A DNA stretch of 64,000 bases from a virus (lineage: Duplodnaviria; Heunggongvirae; Uroviricota; Caudoviricetes). The DNA lies in the IMG/VR virus record IMGVR_UViG_3300022562_000659; one strand, written 5' to 3'. Position numbers and translations under genes: made by a program. This document shows positions 57,588 through 64,000 of this stretch, piece by piece; position 1 is the first letter of the stretch; the number at the start of each line of letters is the position of its first letter. The notes below the pieces were generated by a model, which saw only the letters and a list, made by a program, of their open reading frames with translations, was not told where the DNA came from and made no database searches.

Positions 57588-57673
57588 GGAGGGTTGGCCG
57601 AGTGGTAAGGCGCTAGTCTTGAAAACTAGTGAGGCGTAATGCTACAGGGGTTCAAATCCTCTACCCTCCGCCA
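57588..57673 (+). tRNA. tRNA-Ser (anticodon TGA), long variable arm
   Basis: Acceptor GGAGGGT/ACCCTCC. 3-bp D-stem. Anticodon stem CTAGT/ACTAG with loop CTTGAAA. TTCAAAT T-loop and CCA. Confidence 0.8.
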
Positions 57674-57690
57674 TTACTCGGGAATTAAGG

Positions 57691-57849
57691 ATGAATGACT
57701 TTTCTTGTTATTGTAACTGCAAGTGTTGGGGGGATTGTTACGATCCCGAATTCACAAATGATGAAATCTGTGGTGATTGTGAGTGCCACGGCACAGGTCT
57801 AGATGATGACAGTATGGAGGAATCCGAAAATGGCGAGTCCATCTATTGA
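57691..57849 (+). CDS. 52-aa Cys-rich peptide (not in ORF track)
   Basis: ATG after TAAGG. Sequence MNDFSCYCNCKCWGDCYDPEF...CGDCECHG. Confidence 0.4.
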   Translation: MNDFSCYCNCKCWGDCYDPEFTNDEICGDCECHGTGLDDDSMEESENGESIY

Positions 57850-58090
57850 TCCTTGGGGATACACTGGGGCGGTTGGTGATAATGGGAACACATCGGTTTT
57901 GCAATCCGAAGTTGAGGGTTCAATTCCCTCACTGTCCACCAAATCCTATTGGTATGAGTATTTTACCGATTATTGTCCAGTATGCGCTCGATCTGATGAT
58001 TATAAGATAAGAGTATATGACAGGCCCAAGCCTGATACATATGAAGAGCGTCATCATTTTAAGGAAACATTTGACTACTGTATCTACTGA
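57830..58090 (+). CDS. hypothetical protein
   Basis: ATG after GGAGGAA. A CPVC motif is present. Confidence 0.4.
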   Translation: MASPSIDPWGYTGAVGDNGNTSVLQSEVEGSIPSLSTKSYWYEYFTDYCPVCARSDDYKIRVYDRPKPDTYEERHHFKETFDYCIY

Positions 58091-58105
58091 TTGGGATAAT
58101 TCAGA

Positions 58106-58180
58106 GGGGACGAGCCTAACTGGTTAAGGGTCTGTCCGCAAAACAGGTGTTAGTGGGTTCGATTCCCACCGTCCCCTCCA
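58106..58180 (+). tRNA. tRNA-Cys (anticodon GCA) candidate
   Basis: Perfect acceptor GGGGACG/CGTCCCC. T-arm GTGGG-TTCGATT-CCCAC. CCA end. The anticodon loop is CCGCAAA, with an unusual C33. The D-stem is weak. Confidence 0.55.
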
Positions 58181-58371
58181 AATAGTTGAATTTTAGTAAA
58201 TAAGGGGCTTGACCACGGAACATGGATATAAGTAAACTATCTCCAGAAGAGCGAAAGCGCATCGCCTCTGCTTGGGACAAGCCGTTGAGTATGCCAAGGC
58301 CCGTTCCAAAGAGTGAACCTAAGAAAAAGGGCCGAAAGCCCAAAGAAACATCAGAAGAATAATATTCGTGC

Positions 58372-58440
58372 AGTAGTGTAGAATTCAGTTACTTCTCAAC
58401 TGTTAATTGATAATAAAGCCTGGATTCGCCTTAATTCTCT
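58372..58440 (+). ncRNA. structured repeat element E0 (family of 7; homolog of 60585..60655)
   Basis: Starts GTAGTGTAGAATTCAGTTACTTC and ends CTGGATTCGCCTTAATTCTC. The ends can pair. It lies upstream of the Ro60-like gene. Confidence 0.35.
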
Positions 58441-58487
58441 GCCATAATATTTATCATCACCTAGAAGGTGTATTGAAGGAGAAGGAA

Positions 58488-60035
58488 ATGGCTACTTTAA
58501 ACAAGTCACGCAGTACCGTGCGTGCTGCAAAAAATAAGTCTGAGATTACTGTTAATCTTCACGGTAGTCCTGCATTTAAGATGGCTGCAACTGATCGTCT
58601 TATCGAGCGCACTGTAGGTGCGTTCTGGTCGGAAGATGCATTCTACAGCAAGGGAAGCACTATTGCTGCTGAGATTGTCAAGGACGTTAGGGAAGTCGCT
58701 CAAACGAATCCTAAGTTTCCTTTGCAGTTGGCGGCATGGGCAAGAAATGAGTTGTATATTCGTACAACTCCGCAGGTTCTTCTAGTAGAGGCTGCGAATA
58801 TCGAGGCGTGCAAGCCGTTTGTTCGTGAGTATACTCCGAAGATTGTCAAGCGTGCTGACGAGTTGGGTGAGGTAATCGCTTATCAGTTACAGGCGCATGG
58901 AAAGCCTATTCCAAATTCGTTGAAGAAGGGATTGGCTGATGCATTCGCAAAGTTTGACGAGTATCAGTTGAACAAGTATGATTCCAGCAAGACTGAGGTT
59001 TCGCTGGGGGACGTACTGCACTTGATTTATCGTCGTGAGGGATATCCGGTTTCCAAGGCCCTTTGGAATTATCTTGTCAATGATGAGGTAGATGCAGAGG
59101 CATTGCCAAAGATCGGCGCTCTCAAGGAAATGTTGAAGTCGAAGACTTTCGATGACAATGCACGCGATCTTATTGCGAAGTCTAGCGCAACATGGGAAAC
59201 TGTGATAAGCCACTTTGGATCAACCAAGGAGGTTTGGGAATCTGTAATTCCTAACATGGGATATATGGCACTTCTTCGTAATTTACGCAACTTTGAACAG
59301 AAGGGGGTTGATCTCAATCCTGTTATTGCCCGGATTTCTGATCCGGAGCAGGTTAAAAGATCAAAGCAACTTCCGTTCAGATTTTACAGTGCCCTTGTAA
59401 ATATTGAAAAGCCTGTTCTTCGGACAGCTGTTTCTCGTGCATTTGAGGCTTCTGTTTCAAATGTTTCGCTTCCGGGCAGAACAGGAATTCTTGTTGATCT
59501 TTCAGGTTCAATGAGTAGTCGATTGTCCGACAAGTCTAATCTCTCATACCGTGATGTTGGTTCTATTATGGGGGCTATCGCTGTCCGCAAGGCAGATGAT
59601 AGCGAGGTTGTTGGATTTGGTTCTACAGCGGAACGCATTAGGTTGAATCAAGATGACACAATGATGACCAACAAGGACAGGATCAGTGGTACTGATGTAG
59701 GCGGTTCAACATACGCTGGACTAGGAATGAAAGTTTTGGCTGATTATGGTGAATTTGATCGTATTATTCTTATTTCGGATATGCAATGCTATGGTCAATC
59801 TCCCAACTATTTAACTGGATATACCACAACAGTGAATGAAGAGTGGAAGAAGTACAGTAACAAGTATCCAAATGCTCGCTTGTACTCCTTGGATTTGCAT
59901 TCATATGGAACAAAGCAGTTTCCATCTACTGATGGAAAGGTAACAACGATCACTGGCTGGTCTGATAAGGTTCTTGATTTTATCAACCTCTCTGAAAAGA
60001 GAAATACCATGATCTCCGAAATTTCAAAGTGGTAG
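58488..60035 (+). CDS. rsr: Ro60/TROVE-domain protein with C-terminal vWA (Rsr-like)
   Basis: ATG after GAAGGAGAAGGAA. The TROVE-like segments MALLRNLRNF and LPFRFYSAL resemble Ro60 ALLRNLG and HPFHIL. The vWA MIDAS motif is ILVDLSGSMS. Length and domain order match Ro60. Confidence 0.7.
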   Translation: MATLNKSRSTVRAAKNKSEITVNLHGSPAFKMAATDRLIERTVGAFWSEDAFYSKGSTIAAEIVKDVREVAQTNPKFPLQLAAWARNELYIRTTPQVLLVEAANIEACKPFVREYTPKIVKRADELGEVIAYQLQAHGKPIPNSLKKGLADAFAKFDEYQLNKYDSSKTEVSLGDVLHLIYRREGYPVSKALWNYLVNDEVDAEALPKIGALKEMLKSKTFDDNARDLIAKSSATWETVISHFGSTKEVWESVIPNMGYMALLRNLRNFEQKGVDLNPVIARISDPEQVKRSKQLPFRFYSALVNIEKPVLRTAVSRAFEASVSNVSLPGRTGILVDLSGSMSSRLSDKSNLSYRDVGSIMGAIAVRKADDSEVVGFGSTAERIRLNQDDTMMTNKDRISGTDVGGSTYAGLGMKVLADYGEFDRIILISDMQCYGQSPNYLTGYTTTVNEEWKKYSNKYPNARLYSLDLHSYGTKQFPSTDGKVTTITGWSDKVLDFINLSEKRNTMISEISKW

Positions 60036-60126
60036 TCGGGTGGGATTAAGTGAAACTTAGAGCGACACAGCAAGCGGTATCAAACCCGTTAGCAAAGGCG
60101 GTATAAATCCGCGATCCCCCTCCTAT

Positions 60127-60201
60127 GGCCCTATCGTCTATCGGACAGGACACCAGACTTTCAATCTGATAAGCGGGGTTCGACTCCCCGTAGGGCTACC
60201 A
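60127..60201 (+). tRNA. tRNA-Glu (anticodon TTC)
   Basis: Acceptor GGCCCTA/TAGGGCT (G-U at 1-72). D-stem GTCT/GGAC. Loop CTTTCAA. T-arm CGGGG-TTCGACT-CCCCG. A and CCA at the 3' end. Confidence 0.7.
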
Positions 60202-60219
60202 ATGTCAATAGAAATTATG

Positions 60220-60355
60220 AGTAGTGTGGTTATCAGATACTTCGCTAGGGACGACAGAGTGTAGGTGCAATTCCTGCTCCCCGTGCAAATCATACGGGGA
60301 TAGTGTAACAGCAGCACATGACAATATTCTGTAATCGTTTGTTCTCTCATAATTA
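60220..60355 (+). ncRNA. structured repeat element E1
   Basis: Starts AGTAGTGTGGTTATCAGATACTTCG. It contains a 6-bp hairpin CCCCGT...ACGGGG. The 3' end is TCTCTCATAATTA, like other family members. Confidence 0.3.
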
Positions 60356-60433
60356 TTTTCTAGAACATTAGAGGTTCTTCCCCTGCACCGGCTCAACCGC
60401 TTAAAACATGAAATGATGTGTGCAGCAAATTAG

Positions 60434-60580
60434 GTAGTGTAGTTAAGAGGTACTTCGAAGCCAAATTTAACTTTGGTGGTGTAATGGGCAGCACGCTGGA
60501 CTTTTAATCCAGAGGTTTCGGTTCGATTCCGTACCTGTTCTCTGACGATTTATTCTCCTAATTAAATTGATATTAAGTTT
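60434..60580 (+). ncRNA. tRNA-like structured element E2 (Y-RNA-like candidate)
   Basis: The 5' end GTAGTGTAGTTAAGAGGTAC can pair with the 3' end GTACC...CTCT...CTAATTA. The internal tRNA-like module has a D-arm (GTGTAATGGGCAGCAC), an anticodon-like arm (CTGGA-CTTTTAA-TCCAG) and a T-arm (GGTTCGATTCC). No canonical acceptor stem is present. Confidence 0.4.
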
Positions 60581-60584
60581 GACG

Positions 60585-60655
60585 TAGTGTAGAATCCAGA
60601 TACTTCGGTTTTGACAGCCCCCATGTTTCTTCTGGATTCACTAAATTCTCGTCAA
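60585..60655 (+). ncRNA. structured repeat element E3 (long bulged hairpin)
   Basis: TAGTG-tag-AATCCAGA pairs with TCTGGATT-CACTA, a 13-bp stem with a 3-nt bulge. The loop is about 30 nt. Confidence 0.4.
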
Positions 60656-60685
60656 ATATTCCAGTTAGTATTACTACGTATAGCG

Positions 60686-60812
60686 TAGTGTTGATATCTG
60701 ATACTTCTGACGATTTATGTACAATATTTGGGGGCCTCGTCAATCGACTGGCTTGCGACAGGTTATAGGCCCCGTTTTACAGATATCTTACAATAGCTTC
60801 TCGTTATACGTA
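60686..60812 (+). ncRNA. structured repeat element E4
   Basis: The 5' end GTAGTGTTGATATCTGATACTTC has GATATCTG pairing with CAGATATC near the 3' end. The internal stem is GGGGCCT...AGGCCCC. Confidence 0.35.
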
Positions 60813-60816
60813 TTAT

Positions 60817-60892
60817 ATCTCTGTCGTCTAATGGTTCAGGATCGCTGTTTCTCAGGCAGCAAATACGGGTTCGAATCCCGTCAGGGATACCA
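60817..60892 (+). tRNA. tRNA (probable Glu, anticodon CTC)
   Basis: Acceptor ATCTCTG/CAGGGAT (one G-U). T-arm ACGGG-TTCGAAT-CCCGT. A and CCA at the 3' end. Anticodon stem GCTGT/GCAGC with loop TTCTCAG. The D-stem is only 3 bp, so the identity is less certain. Confidence 0.5.
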
Positions 60893-60909
60893 GATATATA
60901 TTCGTTAGG

Positions 60910-61045
60910 ATAGTGTAGAGATCAGTTACTTCGCACTTGTAATGCCCTAGTTGTTGGTTCGAATCCAACCGGTTGCAGAAATGCACTGTAGCTCAATTGG
61001 TAGAGCAGGATATGTTCTGATTTCGCCTAATTCTTCCTAAATATA
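60910..61045 (+). ncRNA. tRNA-like structured element E5 with T-arm module preceding D-arm module
   Basis: The 5' end ATAGTGTAGAGATCAGTTACTTCG is followed by a T-arm (GTTGG-TTCGAAT-CCAAC). A textbook D-arm follows (TGTAGCTCAATTGGTAGAGCA). The 3' end CTGATTTCGCCTAATTCTTCC is homologous to the E0 3' end. Confidence 0.4.
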
Positions 61046-61240
61046 AAAGTCATCGCCCATCCAGTAGCACAACGTACTAGAATAGGTTCCCGAGTATCTG
61101 GCCGGTGTGCCAGCACCGTATACTTGTAGAAAATTCTTTTGTGCTACCGGATGCGCGACGGCGCAGAATCCGTATGCTGTAGGAATGTTCTGTGATAGCG
61201 TCCAGTAAATTCCAGTAAATGCAGTAAGCGGTATAAAATT

Positions 61241-61378
61241 TAGTGTAGTGACTTGTAACGGTTACTTCGTAAATCAATGGGTAGATTATTTGACTTCAAA
61301 TCAAAATGTTGTGGGTTCAAATCCCACCGAAGCCGAAAGGCTTGCCGCAAGGCTATCCGTTACTAATTTTTCTCACTA
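61241..61378 (+). ncRNA. Y-RNA-like element E6: terminal stem enclosing a tRNA-like domain with TCA anticodon
   Basis: The 5' end TAGTG...GTAACGG (61241..61261) pairs with the 3' end CCGTTAC...CACTA (61357..61378). The tRNA-like core is 61263..61335. It has D-stem AATC/GATT, anticodon stem TTTGA/TCAAA with loop CTTCAAA (anticodon TCA), T-arm GTGGG-TTCAAAT-CCCAC, and an acceptor that is only 5/7 paired with no CCA. Two tetraloop hairpins (AGCC-GAAA-GGCT and GCC-GCAA-GGC) follow. A GCGGTATAAAAT motif lies 5 nt upstream. Confidence 0.45.
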
Positions 61379-61388
61379 GTTAATACAT

Positions 61389-61463
61389 TCCCTCGTAGCT
61401 CAGCGGTAGAGCACTCGGCTGTTAACCGATTGGTCCTAGGTTCGAATCCTAGCGGGGGAGCCA
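61389..61463 (+). tRNA. tRNA-Asn (anticodon GTT)
   Basis: Acceptor TCCCTCG/CGGGGGA (one G-U). D-arm GCTC-AGCGGTA-GAGC. Loop CTGTTAA. T-arm CTAGG-TTCGAAT-CCTAG. G and CCA at the 3' end. Confidence 0.75.
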
Positions 61464-61500
61464 TTATAAAAATTTGTCCTAACTAATTTTTTAGGTGGTG

Positions 61501-61716
61501 CATATGCTAGAACGTGGAAGAGCAATGACACGTCACCAACGTGATAGAAATATCAAGAAGCACAAGAAACTTCTTGATACACTATGGCGTAATGGTTGGG
61601 GAAACAGGCCGGAAGGTATTCTGGCAAAAGGAACTTATTTTCATCATCACCATTGTAATATATGTAGTAATCAAAAATATAATCGTGCGAAATTTAAGAG
61701 AACAAATATAGATTAA
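61501..61716 (+). CDS. small basic His-rich protein
   Basis: ATG after GGTGGTG. Lys/Arg-rich, with HHHHCNIC. Confidence 0.3.
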   Translation, partial: HMLERGRAMTRHQRDRNIKKHKKLLDTLWRNGWGNRPEGILAKGTYFHHHHCNICSNQKYNRAKFKRTNID

Positions 61717-61720
61717 ACGC

Positions 61721-61794
61721 AGAGGCTTCGTCTAACGGTAGGACTACTGACTTTGGATCAGTCGGTTGGGGTTCGAATCCCTGAGCCTCTGCCA
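61721..61794 (+). tRNA. tRNA-Gln (anticodon TTG)
   Basis: Perfect acceptor AGAGGCT/AGCCTCT. D-stem GTCT/GGAC. Anticodon stem ACTGA/TCAGT with loop CTTTGGA. TTCGAAT T-loop. G and CCA at the 3' end. Confidence 0.75.
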
Positions 61795-61816
61795 ATTTTT
61801 TTATTTGGAGATAACA

Positions 61817-62014
61817 ATGAATGATAACTGGCACATTGTTAATCGGGCTTCAGATGTTCGATCTGGTGACAATATAGCACTTCATGCTGTTGGTTACCAA
61901 TGTCGATGTGGTTGGTCTACAATAGACCTAACCGCTGTAGCAGAACATGTAGTGAGGAACCAATATGAAGTCAAACCTCCACGACCCAAGCAGCCTACTT
62001 TGGGTCACAAATAA
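61817..62014 (+). CDS. hypothetical protein
   Basis: ATG after GGAGATAACA. A CRCGW motif is present. Confidence 0.35.
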   Translation: MNDNWHIVNRASDVRSGDNIALHAVGYQCRCGWSTIDLTAVAEHVVRNQYEVKPPRPKQPTLGHK

Positions 62015-62032
62015 TGACTATCGAGGCAGATT

Positions 62033-62725
62033 ATGCATTCCTTGACGTTGGCACTCCTTAGTTGGAGTGCCCATAGGACTCTTATAAATACATTAGAGAG
62101 TTATAAAACATTTGGATTAGATAAGTTAGCCGCACAAAAAATTATCTTCTTCCAGGAAATATCGGCTATGGATCTCAAAATAGCCAATAAATATGGATAT
62201 ACGGCATTCGGAGATAAAACCAATGTCGGTATTGCCGAGGGGTATCGACGGTTGGTGGAAAAGTCCACGCAGCCGTTCTTCATATTTCTTGAAAATGACT
62301 GGATGCTTCTAGAAGATCCTAAAGAAGCAATCGCGCAAGGAATTACATACCTTGACTCTAATACTACTGATGTGGTACGTTATCGCCATAGAAAGTATCC
62401 CGGCGAGCCTCTTTGGACATACCAGTTCAAGGACCACGAATATGATCGCCCGACGCATCTGCTTGATGCTGTCCATTGGACTCTTGATCCTGAGAAGTTT
62501 GCAGAGATTGAGAAGATTTCAGACGATCCTTGGTATCGTGCAAATGCTAAATATGCCAATTGGACAAACAATCCCACAATGTTTAGAACTGATTTTCTTA
62601 AGAAGTGGATATTGCCGAATATAGGCACACGGGATGCAGAGGTTGATCTTCAGCCTTGGTGGGAACAGCAAGATTTCCTTGTGATGCAAGGACATGGCCT
62701 ATTCGCACACAGGAGAGTTGGATAA
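62033..62725 (+). CDS. putative glycosyltransferase-like protein (GT-A-like, tentative)
   Basis: 230 aa. The N-terminus LALLSWSAHRTLINTLESY and the acidic FIFLENDWM region are reminiscent of GT-A families. This is weak evidence. Confidence 0.3.
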   Translation: MHSLTLALLSWSAHRTLINTLESYKTFGLDKLAAQKIIFFQEISAMDLKIANKYGYTAFGDKTNVGIAEGYRRLVEKSTQPFFIFLENDWMLLEDPKEAIAQGITYLDSNTTDVVRYRHRKYPGEPLWTYQFKDHEYDRPTHLLDAVHWTLDPEKFAEIEKISDDPWYRANAKYANWTNNPTMFRTDFLKKWILPNIGTRDAEVDLQPWWEQQDFLVMQGHGLFAHRRVG

Positions 62726-63063
62726 TGTGGGGAAGTAGAGCAAGTACATGGGGCACGAAAGCACATAAGACTTCTAGTATGAAGTGGCACCTTGTTGATG
62801 AGGATTCCCTTGAGGAAAAGATGATAGAGATCGGATATGGGGAACACGGGAAAGAGGTTTCTCGTACTTTTGGTGCACTGATGTGCGGGGGCAAAAAGCA
62901 TGAGTGGAAAGTGTACAATAAGTATAGTGATACATATTATGATATACGTATGCCGCTTGTATTGAAAGATACCGTCAATCTCAACGGAAATGGCGTATGC
63001 ACATACTGTAGGAATTTTCGGTTAGAGCAACTTGGATTGAAGGATAACAAGGTGATGGGATGA
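62725..63063 (+). CDS. hypothetical protein
   Basis: ATGTGG start overlapping the previous stop. A CTYC motif is present. Confidence 0.35.
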   Translation: MWGSRASTWGTKAHKTSSMKWHLVDEDSLEEKMIEIGYGEHGKEVSRTFGALMCGGKKHEWKVYNKYSDTYYDIRMPLVLKDTVNLNGNGVCTYCRNFRLEQLGLKDNKVMG

Positions 63064-63650
63064 GTGAAGTAGAAAGCAGATTCACACCCGCTACGGATTG
63101 GTGCCCGCATACTGAATACTGGCACTCACCAGATTCAGAGGCAACTGAGGACGAGGTTACAGAATTCATAGGGTCGCTGGTACGACTGATCCAGCCCGAG
63201 TTTGTGTTGGAGACAGGCTCCTACAAGGGCCATACGACGCTGGAAATCTCCCGTGCGATCTATCTCAACGGGCATGGCCGTGGGGAGTCCATTGAAGTTG
63301 ATAGTGAGTTGGCTAAAGTTGCGCAACGACGGCTCGACAATGCCATGGGCGATAATGCCCGTATGAAAGTGCTGAATATCAATTCTATGGAATATGAGCC
63401 GCCTGAGAATATTGATTTCGCATTCTTTGATTCTTGGCAAGATGGTAGAATTCAGGAATTGACTCGTTATCACGATCTTGGATTTATCCAGCAAGGAATG
63501 GTCTTTGCTGTGCATGATACAGCTCCACATCATCAGGTGAGAAAGCATTTTATCCCCGCTCCCGAAATTACAACTTCCCAAGGAACATTCAGTTTTGAAA
63601 TTATTGATTTTCATACTCCCCGTGGACTCATTCTAGGGCAAATAATGTAA
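63060..63650 (+). CDS. class I SAM-dependent methyltransferase (CmcI/Methyltransf_24-like O-methyltransferase)
   Basis: EFVLETGSYKGHTTLEI glycine-rich SAM motif, followed by acidic residues in FFDSWQD. Confidence 0.55.
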   Translation: MSEVESRFTPATDWCPHTEYWHSPDSEATEDEVTEFIGSLVRLIQPEFVLETGSYKGHTTLEISRAIYLNGHGRGESIEVDSELAKVAQRRLDNAMGDNARMKVLNINSMEYEPPENIDFAFFDSWQDGRIQELTRYHDLGFIQQGMVFAVHDTAPHHQVRKHFIPAPEITTSQGTFSFEIIDFHTPRGLILGQIM

Positions 63651-63922
63651 TGGATACCTCAAGCAAATATCTTATTGATCATTACCGCAAGTTGCATCGC
63701 ATATCTTTTCGTACAGGTAGTTACAGTGAAGAAAGGTGGTGGACTGATTGTGGGGCACATTCCTTCACACAACAGAGTTTGGATTTCTATAGAAGTATAG
63801 GATTGATCAAGGGAAAAGACGACGAGGTAATTGAGCATAAGAAAGCAGTTTGCGGAAATTGCTTTAAGCACAATAGAACGATACGAATTTCAGCAACAAG
63901 AGGAATAATTCCGTGCGAGTAG
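63650..63922 (+). CDS. hypothetical Cys-containing protein
   Basis: 90 aa. CGNCFKHN. Confidence 0.35.
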   Translation: MDTSSKYLIDHYRKLHRISFRTGSYSEERWWTDCGAHSFTQQSLDFYRSIGLIKGKDDEVIEHKKAVCGNCFKHNRTIRISATRGIIPCE

Positions 63923-64000
63923 GGTTTTTAAACAATCAGATTGATAATCGTGGTACTGGTAATGCAGTATTTAACTATGCCCACTATAATGAGGTGATTC
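63918..64000 (+). CDS. hypothetical protein (3'-partial, continues beyond window)
   Basis: GTG start overlapping the previous stop. The open frame (VRVGFLNNQIDNRGTGNAVFNYAHYNEV) runs to the window end. Confidence 0.3.

Noticed and set aside
58116-58343. Minus-strand 75-aa ORF
   Set aside because: It overlaps the plus-strand tRNA-Cys candidate and its flanks, with no start context.
60160-60240. 9-bp complementarity between the tRNA-Glu anticodon stem (ATCTGATAA) and repeat element E1 (TTATCAGAT)
   Set aside because: It probably reflects shared tRNA-derived sequence or chance. Pairing would disrupt a well-formed tRNA.
1-64000. Possible stop-codon reassignment, suggested by the TCA-anticodon tRNA-like gene
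   Set aside because: Long genes (989-aa structural, 670-aa RNR, 608-aa PolA, 542-aa Ro60-like) are uninterrupted under the standard code, so genome-wide recoding is not supported.
1-64000. CRISPR array
   Set aside because: No regularly spaced identical repeats were seen. The repeat families present are irregular and structured (tRNA-like or iteron-like).

Overview
This 64 kb window looks like one contiguous stretch of a tailed dsDNA phage genome. Most of the annotated genes sit at roughly 40-45% GC by eye, and many starts have strong AGGAGG-type ribosome-binding sites. The module organisation, amidase endolysin and a phage sigma-like factor fit a Firmicutes-type host, but the sequence contains no direct host evidence. 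All product calls below come from motifs read by eye, not from database searches.

Gene blocks alternate in orientation:
- **1-8.2 kb (+):** the end of the late module. It holds a 5'-truncated structural or fibre gene, two paralogous fibre-like genes, a family-1 glycosyltransferase, an amidase endolysin, a second putative hydrolase and a holin-like protein.
- **8.5-21.6 kb (+):** replication and nucleotide metabolism. Calls include an SSB-like protein, an N6/N4 methyltransferase, a DnaB-like helicase, a short C5-cytosine methyltransferase, a Cas4-like nuclease, dCMP deaminase, two P-loop kinases, an HD hydrolase, a sigma-like factor and a metallophosphoesterase.
- **21.6-26.7 kb (-):** small genes, an HNH endonuclease and a RuvB-like ATPase. 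The block ends in a GC-rich cassette flanked by inverted repeats.
- **27.3-41.5 kb (+):** opens with a consensus sigma-70 promoter. Its most notable content is a complete ubiquitin-like conjugation operon with a ubiquitin-like protein, an E2-like protein, a JAB/JAMM peptidase and an E1-like enzyme. A long run of small Cys/His-rich proteins follows.
- **42.8-49.2 kb (-):** includes a dual-specificity phosphatase, a GuaC-like GMP reductase, a GC-rich moron-like ORF and a lipoprotein.
- **49.4-64 kb (+):** HNH endonuclease, class-II-like ribonucleotide reductase, DnaG-like primase, family-A DNA polymerase, a second paralogous C5-methyltransferase-like gene and an SPFH protein. It also carries a Ro60/TROVE-vWA (Rsr-like) gene. 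That gene is followed by a dense array of tRNAs interleaved with seven related structured tRNA-like elements, which are candidate Y-RNA-like RNAs. Methyltransferase and glycosyltransferase-like genes close the window.

The window also contains several intrinsic terminators, iteron-like and direct repeats, and recurring intergenic motifs.
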